Assembly (NCBI GenBank): GCA_004022145.1
Contig: RCNU01000001.1
Origin: Paecilomyces variotii
Lineage: Eukaryota
Length of the DNA: 64,000 nucleotides
Direction: 5' to 3' (one strand)
Position 1 is the first letter of the stretch; the number at the start of each line of letters is the position of its first letter. Shown here in pieces: positions 38,950 to 49,525 of this stretch. The translations under genes and the position numbers were made by a program. Below the pieces are notes generated by a model. That model ran no database searches. It was not told where the DNA came from and saw only the letters and a program-made list of their open reading frames with translations.

Positions 38950-40656
38950 ATGGCTGCGCCGACGGATCCCCTTCGTGCCCACCTCACCTATAAGCCGCAG
39001 CCTCTCAAGTTCGGTACCAGTGGCCGTCGTGGTCTGGTCGTTGATTTGACCCAGCTTGAAATCTACACGAATGTTCTCGCTGAGATTCGCTATCTCCGAT
39101 CTCTCCCACTCTCAGAAGGTGGTATTCAGGCTGGCGACGATTTTTATTTTGCGTATGACCTCCGCCCCAGTTCGACCACCTACGTTGAGAATAACCGTGG
39201 CGGCATCTCCCAAGCCGTCGTGCAGGCCTTGAAGGATGAAGGCATGAATCCCATCAACCTGGGCGATATCCCCACGCCTGCCCTGACATACTGGGCCCTC
39301 AAGAATGGAAAGGGCAGCATCATGGTCACTGGTAGTCACATCCCTTTTGACCGCAACGGTTATAAGCTCAACACGTCGAAAGGAGAACTCCTGAAGAAGG
39401 ATGAACAGCCCATTAACAAGGCTGTTGAAGTCACTCGTGAACAACTCATGGAACAGCCCTATGCTGAATCCCTGTTCAACAACCATGGCATGCTTCGCAA
39501 CGCGCCGTCTAGCCTGCCACCCGCTACGTCAGATGGAAGAAACGCTTATATCCAGCGTTATCTCGATTTCTTCGAGGGGAAGACACTCCAGGGCATGAAG
39601 ATTCTGGTCTACCAACACTCTGCTGTAGGCCGTGACGTCGTGGTTGAGATTCTCCAGAAGCTAGGCGCTGAGGTCACCGCCGCCGGCCGCAGTGATACGT
39701 TCGTGCCAATTGACACTGAGGCTATTGACCAGGCCCAACTCGACACAATCGAGAATCTCCGCCGCGAGACTGGTGGAACATTCGATGCGATCGTCTCCAC
39801 GGATGGTGATAGCGACCGTCCACTCCTGGTTGCCCCTGAAGGCAGTAAGCTCCGCTTCTTCGGTGGCGACCTTCTAGGCATGATTGTTGCGGAATTCCTT
39901 GGTGCCGACGCAGTTGTCGTCCCTATCAGCACAAATGATGCTATCGATCGGGGACCGCTCGCGCGCGTCACTGAACCAAAAACCAAGATTGGCAGCCCTT
40001 ACGTGATCGCTGGGATGCAGCGTGCTACCGCCAAAGGCCATCTTCGTGTCTGTGGATGGGAAGCCAATGGTGGCTTTCTCACCGGCTCCGACATCGAGCG
40101 AAATGGCAAGACACTCACCGCGCTTCCTACGCGTGACGCCGTGCTTCCTCTGCTCTCCGTCCTGTTCTCGGCGCGTATCCGCCAGATTGCGGTACCAGAA
40201 CTTTTCTCGACGCTTCCTCACCGTTTCAGCCGCGCTGCATTGATTAGAAATTTCCCTCGGTCGACAAGCATGAAGATCATTCAACGCTTTTCGCCTCCCG
40301 AGGTCATCATGCAAGAGGTCTCTTTTCACGGAGACCACATCGTTGCTTACGACCCCGAGCGCACAACGATCGAAGTCCAAGAGTCTCAGACAAAGCAACT
40401 TGACCAGATCCGTCGCGAGCTCCAGGCTGTGTTCTCTAGCGAGTCCGGGTTCTCTCTCATTGGCAAGCTAAATTACACCGACGGCGTCCGCATTATCTTT
40501 GCCAATGGCGATGTTGCTCACTTCCGCCCTTCTGGCAACGCTGATGAACTGCGGATCTATGCTGTCGCCGACTCACAGGAGCGCGCCGACCAGATCGCCG
40601 TACAGGGAATCGCCGAGCCTAATGGTCTTCTGAGGCGTCTGGAACGCACGGTTTAG
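38950..40656 (+). CDS. Alpha-D-phosphohexomutase, bacterial ManB/NoeK-type phosphomannomutase
   Basis: FGTSGRRG, catalytic loop VTGSHIPFDRNGYK, metal loop STDGDSDRP, sugar loop GWEANGG, phosphate loop RPSGNADELRIY; intronless, 568 aa. Confidence 0.92.
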   Translation: MAAPTDPLRAHLTYKPQPLKFGTSGRRGLVVDLTQLEIYTNVLAEIRYLRSLPLSEGGIQAGDDFYFAYDLRPSSTTYVENNRGGISQAVVQALKDEGMNPINLGDIPTPALTYWALKNGKGSIMVTGSHIPFDRNGYKLNTSKGELLKKDEQPINKAVEVTREQLMEQPYAESLFNNHGMLRNAPSSLPPATSDGRNAYIQRYLDFFEGKTLQGMKILVYQHSAVGRDVVVEILQKLGAEVTAAGRSDTFVPIDTEAIDQAQLDTIENLRRETGGTFDAIVSTDGDSDRPLLVAPEGSKLRFFGGDLLGMIVAEFLGADAVVVPISTNDAIDRGPLARVTEPKTKIGSPYVIAGMQRATAKGHLRVCGWEANGGFLTGSDIERNGKTLTALPTRDAVLPLLSVLFSARIRQIAVPELFSTLPHRFSRAALIRNFPRSTSMKIIQRFSPPEVIMQEVSFHGDHIVAYDPERTTIEVQESQTKQLDQIRRELQAVFSSESGFSLIGKLNYTDGVRIIFANGDVAHFRPSGNADELRIYAVADSQERADQIAVQGIAEPNGLLRRLERTV

Positions 40657-41462
40657 GACAGTGGCTGACCCGATTTTTCCAAGTGTTGGAATTCACTTTA
40701 TCCTAGTCGTACGCCATTCATATACCCAGTCATATACTCTATAGTTCTTTTTTCTGCTTGTCTTCCACATTGGATCCTTCGAAGCATTTGAAAAGCAAGG
40801 TTTTGGGAAGCCTAGTGTAGGTGCCACATTTCACCTGGTTAAAAGAATGCATGAAAGTCTGAATTCAAGACCAGCGCTACATTCCAAGTATGATTACCAT
40901 CTATCATCTTAAATAAAAATTTCAAACTTATACTGGCAGTGTAAAATTGATCAATTACTACGTGAGTCTTTTCATATTGAGAAAGCTCCATGGCGTGATA
41001 ATTCTTCTTCCAGTTAATGTAACCAAATAGAAAGTAGAGAAGATATGGGTGGCTTAAGAGTTTAAATTATCATGAAAGATTTACATCTTTAGCCATTAGT
41101 AGCTCCTTTTGCAGATAGAATTGCTTTTCTATATTGGGCTGTGGTTGATATTCAGAGCTGCGCCGCATTATGCTGTGACAAAGCTAGTCCTATTTGCCCG
41201 CTGCGCTCTCAGTGATGATCGGGTTAGACCACCACGAACAACCGCGTTTTGGATAATAGTGAATATATGTATCTGCAACCACGCTCATGCTGCAAAGGCG
41301 CTATCAGAGCCTCTCTATCTGTGGTGTGAGTTTTCAGAGCCCCCAGGGCGCCTACTGATAACGTTTGATTTAGCTGTTGGACCTGCTCTGCGAGGAAGCC
41401 TTATTGATTGCAACCTAGCGTGATCTCCATAAAGAAGAACCTCCTCCTGCTCTGGTTTCATC

Positions 41463-42677
41463 ATGACAGCTGGTGAGACAGCTGCAATATTCTTCAAATA
41501 TGCTTCTATTTCTGTGGCGGCCGTTGTTGGTCTGTACGCCGTCCTCCTGGGTTTGTTGACCACATCCACCTTTCAGTCTCATGTGGTCTACCTCCACGCT
41601 ATCCAGATGACCTGGTTCAAAGACCTCGATGTACCTGAAAATTGGGGCTTCCTTCGGAACCAGGTCACTCCGTTTTATATCACCACGCCTGATGGGGAAA
41701 GATTGTATTCCTGGCTAATTCTTCCGATCGAGCTGTACCGAAAACATGAGTTGCCGTTGGTGACTGAACCCACCGGTCTCAGTCCTGATATCACATCTCG
41801 CTATGCATTCCAGCTACTACGTGATGACCCGGAAGCGCGCCTTATTCTGCATTTCCATGGTGCAGGTGGCACAGTAGCGTCGGGTTACCGCGTTCCCAAC
41901 TACCGCGCATTGTCTGCTGGCCATCCAGCCAAAATATTCGTTCTGACCTTTGACTACCGCGGTTTTGGGCGCAGTACTGGTACTCCCTCGGAGCAAGGCT
42001 TGCTGGTCGATGCACGAGCAGTGATCGATTGGGCCCAGAATGTTGCAGGCATACCTCAGTCGCGCATACTCATCTTTGGGCAATCAATGGGCACCGCGGT
42101 GACCGTCGCTGTATCGCAACAACTCGCAGCACAATCTCCACCAGTAGTCTTCGCGGGCACTATTCTAGTGGCCCCCTTCGTGGACGTACCAACACTCGTC
42201 GCGACCTACCGTGTTGCTGGAATCATCCCGATTCTCTCGCCGCTGGCCCGATTTCCGCTCGTCTTTAACTATCTTCGACGCTTCATCCGAGATCAATGGC
42301 CAAGCAAGGACCGTATCGCACAATATGTACGTTCCAACGAGGCAAACGGTCAGCCATATTGGCTCACCATCATCCATGCGGAGGATGACTACGACATTCC
42401 CTGGCATCACACCGAAGTTATGTTCTGGAACGCTGTGAACGCAAGTGCCCTACCCATGGGAATTAGCTACGACGAGCTCGCGGTGCGGAAACAGGAGTCT
42501 CAAGTTGACCTAGGCGCAGCAGGGTCTGTTATGGAGTGGCGGGCTCGTTTTGGCATTATCCGCGAGGAGATCCTCAAAACCGGTCTTCACGACGTGGTTA
42601 TGGGTTACCCTGTCATTACTATGGCAGTGATGCGTGCGTTCGAGTCTACTGACCCGGAATTTACGAGTTGGTCATGA
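41463..42677 (+). CDS. Alpha/beta hydrolase, ABHD12-like
   Basis: N-terminal TM segment, LHFHGAGG, FDYRGFGRSTGTPSEQGL, nucleophile GQSMG, IIHAEDD, GLH. Confidence 0.88.
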   Translation: MTAGETAAIFFKYASISVAAVVGLYAVLLGLLTTSTFQSHVVYLHAIQMTWFKDLDVPENWGFLRNQVTPFYITTPDGERLYSWLILPIELYRKHELPLVTEPTGLSPDITSRYAFQLLRDDPEARLILHFHGAGGTVASGYRVPNYRALSAGHPAKIFVLTFDYRGFGRSTGTPSEQGLLVDARAVIDWAQNVAGIPQSRILIFGQSMGTAVTVAVSQQLAAQSPPVVFAGTILVAPFVDVPTLVATYRVAGIIPILSPLARFPLVFNYLRRFIRDQWPSKDRIAQYVRSNEANGQPYWLTIIHAEDDYDIPWHHTEVMFWNAVNASALPMGISYDELAVRKQESQVDLGAAGSVMEWRARFGIIREEILKTGLHDVVMGYPVITMAVMRAFESTDPEFTSWS

Positions 42678-43279
42678 ACGGAATGAAATGATATTTCTGT
42701 CTAATCTTTCTGGGCTGAAGGTTAATTGCTTATTTTTAGCTTTTCTAGATATTGTGGCAGAAATAGCATCCGCATAATGTCTTTGGATATAATGGAAGAC
42801 GATATAGTCCTGATTTGGAGTATCTAAATAACCTACCGTTGCTTGATTTATCCATGATGCACTTAACGGTACAGACAGGAATCTAAATCGGAGGCCATGT
42901 TGTGATTGTAGTACAGTATACTATAGGAATGGGGTAAATTCATCGTAACCTAGGTAAGATCTGGACAAAGCCAGAGTTCCGATTGGCCAACTTTGTTTTA
43001 GCTAAGTTATGTTTAGGTTCTGACCCACGTGCCGAAAAACATGGGACGTCGACGATATCGTTCAACCTCCCGCAATCCTCTCTCTCCGAGAACATGACTC
43101 CTCGACAATAATAACACACAAGACCCGGAATGTCGAAGTTTCAAATCCAATAATTGCGGCATGGCAAGGTCGACTGCTATGCTAGCCCCAACGGGAACTT
43201 GAACCACCCACAGCACACGCGCGGTACGCGGTCGAGTTTGTTAGTTACCTACCTAGCTTAACTGGAACGGCTGACGGAA

Positions 43280-43660
43280 ATGCGATTCAACGCCCTTATC
43301 CGCACACACCATATCACATCACGCAAGAAGGTCGGGGCACTCAAGCGCGCTGCCGATACACATAGCTGTTGGGTCCTGCTTCGCTCCGGCGGCTGTCCGG
43401 GCATCATGTACGTTGAAGGTTCAACGCAAGACGATGTGGGCAGCTGGGTGGACGTCGTGCGTCGCTTGCGGTATAAGGATTTCCAGCTCGTTGCGCGACC
43501 AGGTCCCTTCGTGAAGGAAAGTAAGAATGATGCTTCTCGGGATACAGCAGACCGCCCGGGGCTGAGTGAGGTGGATTCGGTCAAGGAGTTTGGGAATATT
43601 ATGGAGCAGAAAGGGATTTGGGGTTGGTGGAGGAAAGGTATGGGATACGCGGGGGAATAA
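43280..43660 (+). CDS. Small hypothetical protein, DUF1115/RWDD2 C-terminal-like
   Basis: IRTHHITSRKK..G.PGIMYVEG..WV..VRRLRYK pattern recalled from that family. Confidence 0.6.
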   Translation: MRFNALIRTHHITSRKKVGALKRAADTHSCWVLLRSGGCPGIMYVEGSTQDDVGSWVDVVRRLRYKDFQLVARPGPFVKESKNDASRDTADRPGLSEVDSVKEFGNIMEQKGIWGWWRKGMGYAGE

Positions 43661-43923
43661 TGGGGCAGCTTGGATCGGTCTACATCTGGATTAATCCTTG
43701 CGATGGCTGCTTTCTCTGTGATACGGGAGGCAGTCTCTGACTATTCCTAAACCGAGAGCCTCTTTTGTGTACTTTTGTATTGTTGGTCATAAAGTGATAT
43801 AACAAGATACTAGAATCCACTCTCTCATCTCTGTATGGCCATTGTATTGCCGCCCGTGACACATATCTCCCGAGTTGTTTCTTCTATGCGGCCACATCTG
43901 CAACGCCTGTTCCAGCTTTACTA

Positions 43924-45534
43924 TCATTTGTACCTTGGCTCCCCTGCTGCTTTTGCTCTCTCTCGAGCCGTTGATTGCGGCTTTCGCTCTGCGGGTCCAG
44001 GAACGCTACCAAGGATCAGCATCTAAATTACTGCGTGAAATTAAGAAAGACGCATACGCTTTTCACCAAATACCGTAGTTCGAATTCCTCTTCGTGGTTG
44101 CTTGTACTTCCCGGGAATGACGCGGTGAACAGTGCACCTGATGTACCCGGTAAGTTTTGAGAATGTAGAAGAGAAACAAGCTGAACCTATGTACAGTACA
44201 TACCTATTATCCCACATGGCAACGCTTCCTACTTCCCATTTCCATCGTACGTAATGGTCATCGGCAGAGTGGAGATGGTAGGCGAAGAAATCCAGGAGTT
44301 TATCTATCGCTATGGTGTCAGAAGAGCTGAACCACGTTGGATAGCATGTGACGACAAACCTGATTCAGTTTTGTTCAGCTCCGCAAAGCCAGTGACGAAA
44401 CCCGTATTGACATTGAGCGCCTTGAGCCCTGTGACGGGATGAGTGCGTACGGCCGGGTGGTGCGTATCGATCGGTGGACGATTAGGTCCTACTCCCCAGA
44501 GATCGAGAATGGTATCATCTTCGCCGATTAGTTTTGTGGTACAGTATTTCACAGGATGCGAATTAATGAGAACGTACACTGATATCTGGATGTATGCACC
44601 GCGTGGAGACCGTCTACAAATCGCTTCATCGCGTCGCTTAGGGCATCGTAGAGTCCGTATTGGGAGACCTTGCGGGGTGTGGTCAGTATATAATTGAAGA
44701 TCTTTCTTCATCAGGATGTATTTTACCCAGGCGGTATCTCCGCCAACTGGGGGGTGTTCTTCCATCCTAAGCATAGAATAAGAGGGAGCTGCGCAACCGT
44801 TAGATAGAAGTGGCCCACGGCAGAGGTCCAGTTAAGCAAGCGCTCACGGTTGATTTCGAAGGATGTATCAGCATGCCATTCTCCCGAAGGCCAGGGTGTG
44901 TACTTTCCAATTTCACGATGGTCTTCGGTACTTCCGCGTATTACAACGTGCTAAAAAATTTTTATTAGAAGAAAATGGCCTCTGTATTTCCGAAAGATTG
45001 GCTCACCCTCTGGTCCTATAGTACAGCATGTCTCTCAGCATGATTCTTCAGATTACAAGCTTGTATGATCTAATTACCTTTTGTGCAGGATGCTTGTCAA
45101 GAATGCCTATTGTAGAATGTCAGCACTACAATCGAATGACTGAAACAGGTCTTTATCTTATTTCCAAGCCTACCATAATGCTCAAAAAGCTTAACTTGCT
45201 GTTCCGTCGTCAAATCCTGGTTACGGAAGAACACGACTCCCCTTTCGGCGACAAGCAATGCCAATTCATCCAGTTGCTGCTCGTTCAATTGCGAAAGCTG
45301 AACATTCTCAAGGAGAGTTCCTAGGGACTCTGTGAGATCGACTCTCTTAGCGACGGAAAACAACGCTTTCTTCTCCGGGTCCGCAAACGAGGCCCTGTCC
45401 TTGTCTGGCTGGAAGGGTTCTCTACGGGGCTCTGGAGGCACATGGTTCTTGATCTTAGGGTTGAATGCGGGGTGGAGGGTGATGGGAAACCCTGAATCGG
45501 GCGAGATGTGTTTACGAGATTCGAGATGAGCCAT
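43924..45534 (-). CDS. TauD/TfdA alpha-ketoglutarate-dependent dioxygenase (Jlp1-like sulfonate dioxygenase)
   Basis: LALLVAERGVVFFRNQD, WHADTSFE (HxD, ~44860-44880), GGDTAW, HPAVRTHPVTG, HRVIPG..RRGIRTTVFGEKP; many introns. Confidence 0.9.
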
Positions 45535-46157
45535 GCTGCAGGATCGATGGCTATGATTTGATAATAACGGCAATATATCGATGGAGATGACCAGAAAAAC
45601 TGATTCTTGAGGGCACTACAAGATCTAAATATCTAAAGGAAGGCAATTACAGCCTGTCGCATTATTTCTCGGCATCTAAGAGCCAAGCGCGACGGGTCCA
45701 GATATCGCTGTTCTGTTGCGCCTTCTATCAACTCGTATGCTGGAGGACAAATCCATTGATAATCAGATGGTGTTTGTTTGATTCGTCTCCCGTTAATTCT
45801 GGATGGCGTAATCCCGTGCAAGTGTTGTCGGTATTGTGCTGTAGATACATTTCATTGGCGCATGTGGACTATGGCGCGACCACTACCACGAATGGCATCA
45901 AATGCGAGTTTGGCATGTCAGTGACTGTGGGAATCGTGAGCGGTGGTTGCTAAGGTATGACCTGTATAAAGTATTGAAGTCAGACGCGATGATAAAAGGG
46001 GGAGTATATTCCAGTACACAAACTACCTACTACTCTACTCTATATGATGGGAATGGAGAAAGCTAGCCCCGCAAGATCTCCGATGCAAAAAGCTTAGGGT
46101 TTCGGTTTAACCGGCGGATAAATAGCATGCAGTGAGGGTCTATGATTTCATATTCCT

Positions 46158-46184
46158 AATAACAACAATAATAATAATAATAAT
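46158..46184. repeat. (AAC/AAT)n microsatellite
   Basis: AATAACAACAATAATAATAATAATAAT. Confidence 0.7.
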
Positions 46185-46795
46185 CGAATATGGTTGATGG
46201 GAGAATACCTTGAATATCATTCCCTGTTCTGGGGATATTTGGTGATTTCTAACCGTACCACTCCAAACCGAGTTCGACGGCATTCCGTGAATTCAGGCTG
46301 AACAGAACATGATGTGGCCGCTTCTCCCGCTCCACTGGTTGGACGACATTTGATGGTTGATGCATAGCACGCAAACGGGCGCTTATGAAATGTACGATAC
46401 TCTAAGCCCATGCTGGAGAATCAAGCTTTTGTATTTTTGTGGTTATCGACAGGATAAGTTAACTAACCATCTTACCTACTGTAGCCGGGACCCTCGGAAG
46501 GAGCCGACTTAGTTAAGCCAGAGATGGCAATTATTATCAATATCGGAGCAACTCCAATGAGGGGTTTGGGATGGCGGGGCATCATCGTCATTTGTCCCCG
46601 CCGTGGAACGTTCACGTAATTACTGAGCAGAGCAGGGCAGACGGAGGACCCTCAGCGCCTTTTTCAACCGTCTGTCCCCCTGGAGATATCATATTCTTCT
46701 TCTCTTCTTCTTCCTCTGTCTGTGTTCTCTAGATCGATATCCAATTATCCAATTCACAACATCAATCAAGGAATCAATCTATCTATCAATCAATC

Positions 46796-48441
46796 ATGTC
46801 GCTCGGAAAGAAGGTCACTCTCAACTCTGGTCACCAGATCCCGTAAGTTCATGTCCCCTTTCGCTCAACAGCTATCCCCAGAAATCAAGTCAATCCGTGT
46901 ACTCATTCTCGATTCACAGTCAGCTGGGCTTTGGTACCTGGCAGGCCAAGCCTGGTGAGGTCGAAGAAGCTGTCTTTGAGGCTCTCAAGGCCGGCTACCG
47001 CCACCTGGTAAGCTCCCCGGTTGCAAATAAGTATCGGACGGCAGAGCATTATCTGACTGATCTTGGCCGCAGGATCTCGCGAAAATGTACGTTACGTCCA
47101 GTGTCCCGGGAAGATGGGTTCCAGGAGCCACGGTAACGGGACTATGCTGACATGTTATCCACGGAAACCAGCTACCAGAACCAGAAGGAAGTCGCCCATG
47201 GCCTGAAGAGAGCCTTCAAGGAGATCCCTGGCCTGAAGCGTGAGGATATCTTCCTTGTACGTATTCCCTTGTCTTGATGCGTCTATGAACACAGGCTTAA
47301 CAATATCTGCAGACCTCCAAGCTATGGAACACGTATGTGGCCCCGACATTCAAACCTACAATTGACCCTGATTAATCATTGTATAGCCAGCACCGCCCTG
47401 AGGATGTCGAGGCCGCCTTGGACGACACTCTCAAGGAGCTCGAGCTGGACTACCTCGACGTAGGTTCTCTCCCGGAATCTTGCTACAAGCCTATTTTTTC
47501 TGACCTCTTTCTCAGCTCTACCTGATCCACTGGCCCGTTGCCTTCAAGGCCAGCAGTGACAGTTTCTTCCCTCTCGATTCCTCCAGCTCCCATCCCGACG
47601 GGGATGTTGCGATTGACGACAGCGTCTCCATTGTCGACACCTGGAAGGGTAAGTCAATAGCCTGTTGAACGTGAACCTACTGTGTCTGATCGAATCAATC
47701 CAGCCGTTCTTAAGCTTCCCAAGACCAAGGTCCGCTCCGTCGGTGTCTCCAACTTCACCGTCCAGCATGTGAGTATTGACAAACATGAAATTTACCCTAC
47801 CTCTTAATTATCTCTGCTAATATCTTATTCTTTTCTAGCTCGAGGCAATCATCAAGGGCACCGGATCTGTCCCCGCGGTCAACCAGATCGAACGTCACCC
47901 TCTCCTTCCCAGCAAGGAGCTCCTTGCCTACGCCAAGGAGAAGAACATCCACATTACTGCCTACTCGGTAAGTCTTGCGTACATCTACCCTACGTGGCGG
48001 GGCTGAGTTAATGTGTGACAGCCCTTTGGTAACAACATGGTCAATGCTCCCCTGCTGGTCACTCGCCCAGAAGTCAAGGAAGTCGCGGAGAAGGTCTCCA
48101 AGCGCACCGGATCTGAGGTTACTCCCGCCCAGGTTATGTGAGTATCCTTCACGAATGAAGACTGGTCAGCATGCTCCAGTTGCTAACCCCTCGATAGCCT
48201 TGCCTGGTCCCAGGTTGGCGGCCACAGCGTGATCCCCAAGTCGGTCACTCCCTCTCGCATCCGCGAGAACTTCAAGGAGATCGAGCTGCAGGATGACGAG
48301 TTCGCCGCTATCGAGTCCATTGGCAAACAGCCTCGCCGCTACAACGTCCCCTACGCCTCATACAAGCCGCGATGGCCCATCGAGATCTTCGGCGAGCCCG
48401 AGGAGAAGTCGGCTCCTCACAAGGTCGTCTTGGGCGCTTAA
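46796..48441 (+). CDS. Aldo-keto reductase (NADPH-dependent aldehyde reductase)
   Basis: 11 exons; [51 protein letters not shown]. Confidence 0.93.
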
Positions 48442-49525
48442 ACGCACGATGCGCCCTAATCTATCTGGAAATTACGTGCGACGCAGTCCACGGGCAACGA
48501 CCAGGCCATGGCCGGTCAATATACCCGATATCTTAGGAAGATCTAAGACTCACGAATGGTGAATTCCGCTACAATGTATGACAGAACCAATTAATGAATA
48601 GATATATGTTTCCGCTAGAGGGTCTTAAGACTCGGTGGAATCTGTCCCAATGCATCTTGCGATCCCTGTAAGCAGCTTTGAGAGTGCAACATAAGCAATC
48701 TGCACTGTACACGAAGTGGCATAAACAAACCATAAAAGGAGTCTCACTCGATGACTTGGGAAATGGAACGTGTGACCTTTCAACTCGTAATCGCGGGCAG
48801 TAGCATCAGTCTCGACAGGCCCATACACTTGAGAATGTACAGTACGTGTGGAGGATGCCTATACGAAGCAACAGCCCAAGCCTTGCTGCGGTGTAACCTG
48901 CCATTGTCCAATTTGTCTAACAATATTTGTTGGGTTCGAGCATCAGGCGCCAGAGTTCGTGCCCTGTCACATCGGAACCCAAGCTAATACCTTGCACTGC
49001 AGAAGGGATGCCGGTGTTCCGTTGTTATATACGCTTTGGTCTTGACGAGCAAGCGCTTGTCAACTAAATCCTCAAGTCCCGTGTGGACTTTCTAAATTCT
49101 ATAAATATCTCCTCGCAGCTTGAATTGGTCCCCGCGCCCAAGCTTCTCCGCAAACGAGCTCGGGCCCCAAGGGACAACGACAAGGGCAGGAAAATCGAGA
49201 ATACCCGGGGATTCTGGCAAATACATAAGAATAAATCGAATTTTCCAAGGCACGCAGTGGTCATAACCAGAACCTGTCGATTTTAGTTTGCCATGTGGAA
49301 TGTTTGACGGGATTGCACTCACCGGCCACCAAACTCAGAAGTGATCCTTTCTTTCTCCGATGCGCGCCAGGCCCTGCTGGAGATCTTCTTCCTGGCATCT
49401 CGAGTAGCAGAGTGGCGACAACGAAGCTGGAAGTTCTCGGTTTGTTCATTTCTGTCTCTCTCCAGATAGATAACTATGCTGACGCTTACTTTGTCGCACC
49501 GCTCAGCTAGCAGCTGGTTGTCAGG

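Noticed and set aside
45892-45901. ATGGCATCAA, near the MetR/CYS3 consensus upstream of the TauD gene
   Set aside because: Single imperfect match, too weak to call.
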